Positions 1 through 10,716 of a stretch of DNA of 64,000 nt are shown here, in pieces. Origin of the DNA: Ginglymostoma cirratum (lineage: Eukaryota); contig JAHRHZ010000058.1 of NCBI GenBank assembly GCA_024137785.1, forward strand, positions 17,500,599 to 17,564,598, written 5' to 3'. The position numbers and the translations under genes were made by a program. The notes under the pieces are model-generated. The model did no database searches. It worked only from the letters and a program-made list of their open reading frames with translations, and was not told the DNA's origin. Numbering within the stretch: the stretch's first letter is position 1; every line of letters starts with the position of its first letter.

Positions 1-295
1 TGCCTACAACACTATATCCGTTAACCTGAATTTGTTCATCTTCCCTGGTGTTCAGTTTGTAAGAATTCCCATTGCAGCAATCTTCTCGCACAGCTTCCCT
101 TTAAAAGGCTACCTGTAACCCTTTGTCTGGAGCTAGACCTCTTGCTACTTTTTTAACATGATGTGCAGATCTTAACCCCATGACTAAATACTTTCTCTTC
201 CATATGGTCAGAGTCATTCAGCTGATCTGAGTAATTGAATTTTCTGTCTTATCCTCTTAATGGTATCCCATAGTATGCAAAAATTGGTTGGATGA

Positions 296-660
296 ATTGA
301 CTCAATGTGTTGCTTTTGAGCCAGTTCTGCATTTGAATGCTTGAGCACAGAACTTGGGGAATTCTGCACTGTCAGTGCTATTGTCTTTCAGATGAAGCAA
401 CGAGAGTTTAATCTGCCTAATGGGCGTAAAAGATCCCATGACACTATTTGAGGAATAACAAGGGAGTTCTCTGTGGCTTGACCATATTTAACCTCCATCC
501 AAAGCTAGTAAAACAAACCATATATTCATTCATCTCAATGCTGATTTTGGGATCTTAGTGTCTGCAAATACGTTGTGAAACTTATCAATGCTCTAAAGGA
601 TATTTAAATTGCTGTGAAGCACTTTGAGATATCCTGAGGGCAGGAAGAGCAAGTTTGCTC
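296..660 (+). mobile_element. Old DeuSINE-superfamily (SacSINE1/AmnSINE-like) SINE
   Basis: Deu-domain-like core gtaaaagatcccatgacactatttgaggaataacaagggagttctc and tail gctgtgaagcactttgagatatcctgagg; recognised from memory of the consensus. Confidence 0.6.
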
Positions 661-792
661 GTAATTTCCTTGCTTAATTTAACACTTTGTTCTCAATATT
701 TAGCCCTGTAGTGACACATAATATCTTGACATTTTATCATGTTTTAATAGAAAGAATGTGCTCAGTTTGTGCAATTTCTTCTTTTTTTCCAG

Positions 793-923
793 TTCCTCCT
801 CAAATCAGAGAAAATGAAAAGCCAACCAACATATCAGTGGTCATGAACCAGCCTATTAGCCTCTTCTGTGATGTGTCTGGTCATCCTATTCCCATCATCA
901 CTTGGCATAAAGATGGGATACCT
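793..923 (+). CDS. HMCN1: HMCN1 exon (window exon 1), N-half of Ig domain 1: VPPQIRENEKPTNISVVMNQPISLFCDVSGHPIPIITWHKDGIP
   Basis: ttttccag acceptor, GTAAGT donor; phase 1->0; Ig Cys and Trp motifs. Confidence 0.93.
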
Positions 924-2529
924 GTAAGTGATATTGCGATCTTAGAAAGTTTAGCAGACTGTTAAAATATTCAGAAGATAGAGACATTTGTGGAGAATTC
1001 TAAGGAAATTAGAATTCCTTCATTAATATTAGCATTATAGCATTATAGGTAATATTGCCCAACACTACGTGACTAAGGGAAACTAGGGATTGGAAATAAT
1101 TACTGTCTTTGCCAGTTGTGCTCTTATCCTGACAATAATTGATTAGTTTCTATTTATTGATGGAATGTGGGCTTCCCTGATTGGGCCAGCATTTATTGCT
1201 TATCTATGGGTGTTCTTGAAAAGGTGGCGGTAAGCTGCCATCTTGAACAGCTACAGTACATTTGGTGTAGGTTACCCCGCAATTTTATTAGTGAGGGCAA
1301 TCCAAGATTTTGACCCAGTGAAACTGAAGGAATGGCAATCTATTTCGAAGTCAGCTTGGTGAGGAGCTTGAAGGGGAACTTGCATATATCTGCTACTCTT
1401 GTCTTCCTAGCTTTAGTTGTTGTGGGTTTGAAAGATGCTGTCTAAGGAGCTGCGGGGAATTTCTGTAGTGCATCTTGTAGATAGTAAACACTGCTGCTAC
1501 TGTGTGTAGGTGATGGAAGGAGTGAAAGTTTGTGGATGTGGTGCCAATCAAATGGGCTGCTTTGTCTTTGATGGTGTTAAGCTACCTGTGTTATTACAAC
1601 AACACTTATCCAGGCAAGTGAGGAGTGTTCCATCACACTGACTCATGACTTGTGCCTTGCAGATGGACAGACTTTTGGGAGTTGGGAATGTGAGCTTCTT
1701 GCCTCTGACCTGCTGTTGTTGTCACAGTATTTATTTATAGTCCAGTTCAGTTTCTGGTGAAGGGTAACCCCCAAGGTGGTAATAGTGGGAGATTAAGCAA
1801 TAGTCACCCCTTTGAATGTCAAGGGACAATATTAACTTCTCTCTTATTGAGAATGGACATCGCCTGGCACTTGTGTGGCACTAATGTTACTTACCACCTA
1901 ACAGCTCAAGCCTGGATGTTGTCCAGGTCCTGCTGTAATTAGACATGAACTGCTTTAGTTTCTGAGGAGTCATGAATGATGCCGAACATTGTGCAATCAT
2001 CAGCCCACATCTTCACTTCTGACTTCATGAGAGGAGGGAAGGTCATTGATGAAGCAGCTGAAGATGGTTACAGCCTAGGAGTTCATCCGAAGGAACTTCT
2101 GCAGAGATGTCCTGCAGCCGAGATGACTGACCTCCAACAACCATAACCATAACCAGTTTCCTATGTGCCAGGTATAATTCATTCAGTGTAAAACTTTCCT
2201 CAAATTCCCATCCAGAGGCTGAGATTGGTTATCCACTTGGCGCTTCTGGCTGAAGATAGTTGTAAATGCTTCAGCCTTATCTTTTGGCGCTGCTGTGCTG
2301 GGCTCCCTCATCTGTGGGGATGGGTACGTTTGTGGACCCTCTTCATCCAGTAAGTTGGTTAATTGTCATTACCACTTATGACTGTTTTTTGTTGGACTGC
2401 AGAGCACAATTCTAATCTATAGGTTGTGGAATTACTCATACCTCTATAACTTACTGGTTAGGCTGTTTGACATGTAGCTTCATCAGGTTAACACCTCAAT
2501 TTAGGTATGCCTGATACAGCTCCAGATCC

Positions 2530-2561
2530 AGGGTTCCAGGGTTCAAGTCCCTGTTCAGGCG
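2530..2561 (+). pseudogene. 3' fragment of tRNA-Lys(UUU) (T-arm + 3' acceptor strand, no CCA)
   Basis: agggttccagggttcaagtccctgttcaggcg vs vertebrate tRNA-Lys-UUU 3' end AGGGTCCAGGGTTCAAGTCCCTGTTC(G/A)GGCG. Confidence 0.7.
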
Positions 2562-2568
2562 CTGCTTT

Positions 2569-2891
2569 GGGGCGGCACGTTGGCTCAATGGTTAGCACTG
2601 CTGCCTCACAGTGCCAGGGACCCAGGTTTGATTCCATCCTTGGGCGACTGTCTGTGTGGAGTTTGCATGCTCTCCCCGTGTCTGTGTGGGTTTCCTCCAG
2701 GTGCTCCAGTTTCCTCCCACAGTCCAAAGATCTGCAGGTTAGGTGGATTGGCCATGCTAAATTGCCCATAGTGTTCAGGGATGTGTAGATTAGTTGGGTT
2801 ATAGGAGGATGGATCGGGGTGGGATGCTCTGAGGGTCGGTGTGGACTTCTTGGGCTGAAGGGCCAGTTTCCACACTGTAGGGATTCTATGA
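2569..2891 (+). mobile_element. HE1-type V-SINE (tRNA-derived), full length
   Basis: A-box-like tggctcaatgg, B-box-like ggtttgattcc, V-domain ggagtttgcatgctctccccgtg...cccacagtccaaag, CR1-like tail ccacactgtagggattctatga; homologous copies at 26428, 45033, 62393. Confidence 0.85.
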
Positions 2892-4147
2892 CTCCTGGCA
2901 TACCCTTTTGGACACTTTATTGAACCAGCATTGATCCCCTGGCTTGATGATAGAGTGGAGGATATACCAGGCTATGAAGTTGTAGATTGTGTTGGAACAC
3001 AGTTTGGCTGCTGCTGATGGCCTAAAGCACAGCATAGATGACCAGTTCTGAGTTGTTAGATCTTTTATCAAAACCTATCACATTTAGCACAGTGATATTG
3101 TTACACAACATAATAGAGGGCATCCTTAATGTGAAGACATGACTTCATCTCCGCAAGTCATGTGTCCTGGTTTCTCTGACTGATTCAATCTTGGTGCAGG
3201 CAGGTTGATGAGAATTTTTTTGATTCCCTCATCACCAGTCTAACAGCTGTGTCCCTCAGGACTTGACCATTTTGGTCAGTTGTAGTGCTCCTGAGCAATC
3301 CTGGTGACGGACATTGAAGACCCTACTCAGACTGCATCTTGTGCCCTTGCCACCCTCAGTATTGCTTGACTGGACAGTAAGGCAACTCTCCCAATTTGAC
3401 CACTAGTCCCCAGATGTTATTAAGAAGTCTGTGCAGGGTCGATAGTGCAGAGTTTGTTGTTGTCATTTATAATGCCGAGGTCATCGTCGGATGCTCCATC
3501 CAGTTTCAGTCAATCCACTTCCAGACTGCATCTATACCTGTGGCCTTCACCTCACTTTTTATATGCTTTGTGGACAGATTTCAGTACAAAACGTGGCATT
3601 TTCCTGGTATTGAGGTTTCGTGGGGAAGGTCAGGTGTTGAAATTTTTAAAAAAATAAACAAATACATTTTTTTTATTGTGTTTGTGCGACCAGCCTTCAG
3701 TCAAATTACTTCTCGGGACTGAAGCTCTTAGCAACAAAGTTTGTGCATACATCCAGATTAACATGTAAAAGTACAAGACTTTGTAAACAAGAACAAGACC
3801 AGGTTTGAATGAATTATGACCTTTTATCAATTGAATAGTATGAACATAGAAAGGCAGGGTTGGACTGCGAGATCATCTTCAAATTCTGCAACCCCAAATG
3901 AGCCTGATAGGTGTAGATTGTTCATAATTAATCCAGCAAATAAACTAGTCTGAAATTGAAAATACAAGATTTCACAAACAAATATGGGGGAGTCTGACTT
4001 ATGTTACTGCTTGCCTGTTGTATAGAGTATGTCGATATTTATGTCTATGTAAGGTTTGAAAATTATTTCAAGATAATGATATCTAAAAAAGTATCCAAAT
4101 GTCAAATTTATCAGGCAAAATATCTTTTAAAATAATATTTCTTTCAG

Positions 4148-4295
4148 ATTGCGAACAGCAGTATCTTACAGATATTGAATGGAGGTAAAACATTAAAAGT
4201 GCGCAAGGCTGCAACTAGTGACACAGGACGATATACTTGTCAAACAATCAATATTGCTGGAACTGCACAGAAGAACTTCAATGTAGAAGTGCTAG
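4148..4295 (+). CDS. HMCN1: HMCN1 exon 2, C-half of Ig 1: IANSSILQILNGGKTLKVRKAATSDTGRYTCQTINIAGTAQKNFNVEVL
   Basis: tttcag acceptor, GTGAG donor; phase 0->1; DxGxYxC motif. Confidence 0.92.
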
Positions 4296-5136
4296 GTGAG
4301 CTGAAGTTGATTGTCATTGAAGCTTTCCACCTGCAAGTGATATTATATATTATGTATTTCAAAAGCTTTTCAATATACATATTCTGTCTGAAATTAATGG
4401 ATAATTTATTTTTCAAATTGAGCTCTATAAAACTTTAAACTTTTTCAGTCAAAGTACAGCAAGAAATTACTTAAGATGTGCTATAGATTACATGACAGAT
4501 CAGATAGAAACATACTTTGAGGTACTTGCATACAGTTGCACAGATCCATACATACATTGTGGGTGAAGTTGCATGTTTCTAGTTTGAGCTGCTGTTTTAA
4601 TGGGGGACTTAAATTATGTCAAGGATAAAAGAAGGATCATACTGAACAACCAACTTGAAGCAATTGAGGGAGGATATTGATGGTAAATGTGCTTTTGGTT
4701 AACTTTTTTTTTACACAATCTCTTTCTTTTTAATTCCTCCCTCAATTTTAGTGCTCTGCAATCCTTGATTCCTCCTTGATCATTCCAGAACGTTGGTCCT
4801 TCTCTTTCCCTGTAATACCATTGATAATATTAAATAAAATGCACTGCCTCCCCACTCTAATTTTCCCTATCCAAAGACCCAAAAACAATGGAAATTTCCT
4901 TAGATGTCCCTTCCTCCTCTGCACTGATAAATTGTCCTGAACTTCATCTTTCCTAATCAATGTGTTTGTTTTCTTTTTCCATGTTCTATTCTTGTCAACT
5001 TCAACAATGTCATGTTGCCTCCATTCACTTAGATTTCGCTAATTACATCTTTTTAAAAAACCATCTCACAATCTGTGTTCATACCATTTAAGTGCATTTG
5101 AAATTGTTGTTTCTTCATTTTTCCTCTTTCCCCAAG

Positions 5137-5263
5137 TCCCCCCAAGTATTGTGGACGCTGGTAAACAAAATGAAGTGTCAGTGATACTGAACCGGGAAAC
5201 AACCCTGGAGTGCAAAGTCAAAGGCATCCCCTTCCCTAACATTCAGTGGTACAAAGATAACAG
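5137..5263 (+). CDS. HMCN1: HMCN1 exon 3, N-half of Ig 2: VPPSIVDAGKQNEVSVILNRETTLECKVKGIPFPNIQWYKDN
   Basis: polypyrimidine + AAG acceptor, GTAAGC donor; phase 1->2; missed by ORF track. Confidence 0.92.
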
Positions 5264-6483
5264 GTAAGCACCTTTTCTTGCCATGTCCACAAACAACACC
5301 CAGACAGTCTTTAATCCCAGTAGTTTCACTGCTCATTCTGAGACAAAAAAAAATCACACTCTTCAAACATATGGCTTTGCTTTCTGCAAATCTCAGCTCC
5401 TTCTGTCTGAGGTGCTTGTTACTAAAGACCTCTCATTGTGGCTGTCACTCTGCTTAAACCTTCACAAAGCAGTGATTCAGAACATTATTCCTGTCTCGTT
5501 TGCATGGTCTTTGGAATTTTATGGTCACTCCAGAAGCAAATGATCTTTTCTTCCTCCAATGATATATTAGAACGGAGAAAGTTAAGAATTTTGATAGAGT
5601 TAATCAAAACCGTGGATGGTTAGCAGGTAAAAGCATGTGCTGGTAACAGCACGATACAGAATCAGTTGCGAAGAAAGCCAGATGTAACATGAGGAAACAT
5701 TCTATAGGGTGTCATTGCAATTGCAGTTCAGTGCTTAAAAAAGTAGCAAATTCAATAGTAACATGCAAAAAAGAAATTCTAAATAAATACTTGAAGAAAT
5801 GCTCACATTAAATAGTTGCAACAAATATTTACAAGATTATGGGAAAATAGCAGTGCTGTAGAAATTAAATTTATAATTCAACCAAACATATGCACAGACG
5901 CAATGGGATGAATTACTTGTTCTGTGCTGTGTCATTTTATGCTTCTGTGACCTGGATTTTACATACCACTGTAAATGTGCTTTCAGTGGGGGCACATAAA
6001 ATACAAAGGGTGCCTTCCCCATCCCTTGATACCAAAAGTCAGCAGCCCACTTATCACTTATTAATAAATAATGAATGGTCATAGAGTCATACAGCAAGCA
6101 TGGAAACAGACCCTTTGATCCAACCAGTCCATGCTGACCTGTTCCCAAACTAAACTAGTCCCACCTGCCTGTGTTTGGCCCATAACCCTCCAAACCTCCT
6201 TTCCTATTCATGTACCTATCCAAATATCTTTCAAGTATTGTAAATGTACCTGCATCCGCCACTTCCTCTTTGTGTTGATTCCACACACTAACCGTGATCT
6301 GTCCTTTTTCAAACTTTCTCCTTTCACTTTAAAAATGTGTTCCCTAGTTTTCAACTCCCCCACCCTAGGGAAAAAAAACCCTTGTTATTCACCTTATCGA
6401 TGTCCTTCATGATTTTAAAATCCTCATTAAGGTCACCCCTCAACCTCCTACGTTCTAGTGGAAAAATGTCCCAGCCTATCCAG

Positions 6484-7097
6484 AGATGGTAGGAACTGCA
6501 GATGCTGAGAATCTGAGATAACATGGTGTAGAGCTGGATGAACACAGCAGGCAGGCCAAGCAGCATCAGAGGAGCAGGAAGGCTTACGTTTTGGGCCTAG
6601 ACNNNNNNNNNNNNNNNNNNNNNNNNNNNNNNNNNNNNNNNNNNNNNNNNNNNNNNNNNNNNNNNNNNNNNNNNNNNNNNNNNNNNNNNNNNNNNNNNNN
6701 NNNNNNNNNNNNNNNNNNNNNNNNNNNNNNNNNNNNNNNNNNNNNNNNNNNNNNNNNNNNNNNNNNNNNNNNNNNNNNNNNNNNNNNNNNNNNNNNNNNN
6801 NNNNNNNNNNNNNNNNNNNNNNNNNNNNNNNNNNNNNNNNNNNNNNNNNNNNNNNNNNNNNNNNNNNNNNNNNNNNNNNNNNNNNNNNNNNNNNNNNNNN
6901 NNNNNNNNNNNNNNNNNNNNNNNNNNNNNNNNNNNNNNNNNNNNNNNNNNNNNNNNNNNNNNNNNNNNNNNNNNNNNNNNNNNNNNNNNNNNNNNNNNNN
7001 NNTTTTTCTGAAGAAGGGCCTAGGCCCAAAACATCAGCCTTCCTGCTCCTCTGATGCTGCTTGGCCTGCTGTGTTCATCCAGATCTACACCATGTTA
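6484..7097. mobile_element. Fold-back Penelope-pLTR/hammerhead mini-element (copy 1), centre lost in the gap
   Basis: Arms 6520-6602 and 7003-7097 are reverse complements; TSD tcccagcctatccag (6469-6483) / tcccaacctatccag (7098-7112). Confidence 0.8.
6603..7002. other. Assembly gap (400 N)
   Basis: run of N. Confidence 0.98.
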
Positions 7098-9249
7098 TCC
7101 CAACCTATCCAGCCTATTTTTAGAACGCAAACCCTCCATTCCAAGCAACATCCTGGTAAATCTTTTCTAAACCCTCTCCAGTTTAATAATATCCTTCCTA
7201 TAACAGGGCGACCAGAATTGCACACAGTACTCCAGAAGAGGCCTCACCAACATCCTGTACAACCTCAACATGACATCCCAACTCCTATACTCAATGATCT
7301 GAGCAATGAAGCCAAGCAAACTAGATGTGTTGTTAACCACCCTGTCTACCTGTGATGCAAAGTTGAAAGAATTATGTACCTGAACCACTAGGTGTCTCTG
7401 TTTGACAACACTATCCAGGGCCCTACCATTAATTGTATCAGTCCTGAGCTTGTTACCAAACCAATTGATCAGTATTTTACACACTCTACACCATAATATA
7501 ACTGGCATTGGAAGGAGTGGACTGTTAGTTTATTGAGCCCTAGTTGAAAACAGGCAGAAAAGAAGGGGCATCACATTGTTCACTAGGGTGCAGCATGCAA
7601 ATTGGAGCTATTCAGCCACTAAGATATTCCTGTCTCTGTTTCTTCCCATCTGCCCTCCACAACCAGAGCCCCCATCCCCCTCATCCGCCTTCCATCCTTA
7701 GGCTGCCTGAACCGCATACCCCTCATCCAAAAAAAAGATCTGCGTTACCTAGCTTGGCAATCATGATCTCCTGTTTGTAGGCCACTTTGCAGTGCCCACT
7801 ACTGGGTCCTGTTGATGCTAGGACATCTAGAGGTTGGTTGGCTGGCTGCTCTTGAGGTTGGTGTTTTCACCCAGCTGTGCATTATGGCTGCTGCTGGGGT
7901 TCTTTCACTTGTGATGGCTGCCAGCTAACTTCCCTCTGAGGGGACAAGCAGCCTGAGCTCCCCACCTCTGCCAGTAAACACCAGCCCTATGAAATCATGG
8001 ACACATGAAGCCAGTACACAGGGGGCTGAGATACAGTTTAATACTCTCTGCCTCTTTTCTAATGGTAAGGAACAAATCTTCTCTAGACATATGGCAGGGT
8101 AAAATTGACTTCTGGATTTTCAGTCATAGTCCCATGCCCTGGCCCACTCATATTACTATTGAACATGGATATGGAAAAAGTGTGTATCCTTGATATAGTT
8201 CTAATCCAAAATCATTTACCTTCCAGATCCTAAGACTTACAGCATGAATCTTGATTGTAAAATTTGAACATTTTTTTTTTAGACATCTTGGTGCCTGATA
8301 ATTTGCTGGCAGAAATAGTCATGTTTGTGAGAGCAAGAATAATGAAATAAAAATATGAATTATCTCCATCAAGATTTGGCTTCGTCTTCATAATTCATGA
8401 TAGATCCTTTCTGGAGATGACTTTTTATACATCTCTGCAGTTTACAACAGTGCTGAGAAAAAGAGTTATTGTCATAGCGATGTGTATAATTGGGCACTGT
8501 GAAATATCTACCACTAATTGCTACACTTTTGATGAAGAAGATTGTTAATTGGAATTGCATATGTTTTGAGTAGCTCATTTCTAGAGATGATACAGGACAG
8601 ATTTTGTAATTCCTTTTGGAGCCAGAACCAGTCATGTTATCTGATGAATCCACACCCCTTTCCATTTCAGTCACGAAAACAATTACTTAATCTGAACCAT
8701 TTTAATGGTTTGAAGTTTTGTGAATTGCATAACTGGTCACAACAAAATGTTACTTTCTTTAATTATATATGGAAGGTCTATAAACTGTAAATTTCATAGC
8801 ACGAGAAACAAACTGAGCAAGAGAGCGAATGTAGTTAGAATACTGAACTGCTTCAAAAATATGACCATCAACACAGTTTTTAATAGGTTCAGTATGACTT
8901 TGACGATTGGTTAGCATTGCAATTTGTGGATTAGTGAGTGTAGAGTGTGTTACTGTCCAAATTAATCCAGCATTAAAATCTCTCATATGTTACCTTTAAA
9001 GGACAGGTTAAGCAACCAGAAGCACTGCTGTGCTGCCATGAAAACCAGGACTGTAATCTGCAGCATTTTTGCATTTTAAATGGAGTACAATTTCAGCAAA
9101 TATGTCACACACTGGATAGTAATCATAACCTTGGATGTTACCCCCCACCACCTCCAAAATAAAATGAAAATGTAATAATCAAATTAAGGTTTGTCTTCAG
9201 TTGTGCAATATTTAGTAATAACAAAAAAATTGCATTATTTACATAACAG

Positions 9250-9404
9250 GCTTTTGTTCCCTGGTGACATCAGCATGGAGATAAGAAACAAAGGGCAGGT
9301 ACTATATGTAAAGAGTGCACGTCTATCTGACCAAGGTCACTACCAGTGCAGTGCTGTGAATACTGCAGGAAAAAGATTCAAAGAATTCAAGCTCCATGTT
9401 TATG
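9250..9404 (+). CDS. HMCN1: HMCN1 exon 4, C-half of Ig 2: (R)LLFPGDISMEIRNKGQVLYVKSARLSDQGHYQCSAVNTAGKRFKEFKLHVY
   Basis: CAG acceptor, GTAAGT donor; phase 2->1. Confidence 0.92.
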
Positions 9405-10034
9405 GTAAGTGCAGCTTTTCTCAGATGACAAATGGTTGTTGCTCCTGATTCGCATGATAGTATCTTGTGTCATAGTTAATTCTGGGGAATTTCTGTCACT
9501 TCTTTCTATTCTCTACATCAGCTAACAGAACTGCAAGGTTGATATTATCAATTTTCTTTGCAACAGTTCAGAGATAGATCACAGGCGTGTGGGAACCTAA
9601 ATATGGCTATCTAGCTGGATATTATAAATCTAAAGAACCATGTTAAGTAGCCAGGATTTTGGCCACATATCATCATTTCATGACATGTTCAGCTCTACAT
9701 GCTTTGAACGAAATCTGACGTGATTATTTACAATAATTAATGTCTTATGATGTCACTTGTGGAGATCAGGTGATGTGCTTTAGCAGACTGAAGAAAACAC
9801 AGTGACAAACCACTGTGTATGTTCTGCTGTCACAATGGATTTATGTTTATGTAGCCTTTTCCTCTTGACGTTACAAGGATTCAGGCTAACACTGGGACAG
9901 TAAATGCTGCATTGACATTTTCATTCTGATACTGTCTCACATTTACCTGTGAGGTGTTTCCACAAAAATTAAAAAATATTAATCCTGAAGGTAGTAAGGG
10001 AAAGGGGTTCACTGGCATGAATATAGGAACATTA

Positions 10035-10716
10035 AAACTAAACAAAGAACAGCAGATCCTGGAGATCTGAAACAAAAACAGAAATTTCTGGTGAAAAGGT
10101 GAACTTTCTGAGGCCTTCCTGCAGAAGGTGGCATTTTCAGGACAGATGTGATGGAAACGGAGGAGCTGGGATGATGGGATGAAATCCTTCTGGGAAGCTG
10201 GGTGTGAGGATGTATAATCAAGCTAACTGTGGGAGTCGGTGGGTTTGTAATGGAAACCATTGCATCTGTTCTGATTATGCCACCTTCTGCAGGGAGACCT
10301 CAGAAATGTCCAACTTCACTCTCAACCGAGGATTCCAGCTCCTGTGGTCGACACTCTGGTCCACTCCTCCTCCATTCCCAACACCACCTCACACCCCCCA
10401 ATGGCACCTTTCCCTGCCATCGCAGTAGGTGTAACACCTGTCCATTTACCTCCTCCTTCCTTACCATTCAAGGCCCCAGATATACATTCCAGGTGAAGCA
10501 GTGATTTACCTGTACTTCATTCAATCTAGTCTACTGTATTCACTGTTCACAATGTGGTCTCCTCCATCTGCAAGAATGACCCCAGGCTTCAAGCACGCCA
10601 ACAATTTCTGTTGTAGGTCTGCTGCAGAGCTCCAGCGAACCCCAATGCAAGCTCAAAGAACAACATGTCATTTTCCACTTGGGGACCCTGAAGCCTCTAG
10701 GCCTTAATATCAAGTT
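10035..10716. mobile_element. Penelope-like element fragment with 5' inversion
   Basis: Minus part KPTDSHS*LDYTSSHP...SQLLRFHHIC (RT thumb); plus part GTFPCHRSRCNTCPF...FTCTSFNLVYCIHCSQCG (linker + GIY-YIG start); inverted pLTR-like piece at 10035-10095. Confidence 0.8.

Larger units (their letters stand above)
1147..3555 (-). mobile_element. Degenerate non-LTR retrotransposon (CR1/L2 group), 3' part, interrupted by a SINE insertion at 2524-2891
   Basis: Minus strand from 2010 down reads MWADDCTMFGIIHDS...LQQDLDNIQA*A..W*VT..PHKCQAM (RT ADD motif region with stops); 3' tail near 1150. Confidence 0.8.
6078..7460 (-). mobile_element. CR1 LINE 3' fragment, split by a fold-back element
   Basis: Minus ORF LRLYRMLVRPLLEYCVQFWSPCYRKDIIKLERV and LERRRLRGDL; (tctatgac)n-type tail at 6078. 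Confidence 0.88.

Noticed and set aside
2530-2561. Functional tRNA gene
   Set aside because: Only the 3' ~30 nt are present; no D-arm or anticodon arm
2488-2901. Recurrent ORFs such as MWSLHILPVSAWVSS at 2507, 26430, 44944, 62469
   Set aside because: Translations of HE1 SINE copies, not genes
6448-7355. Long ORFs of 193 and 254 aa
   Set aside because: Artefacts of translating through the N gap
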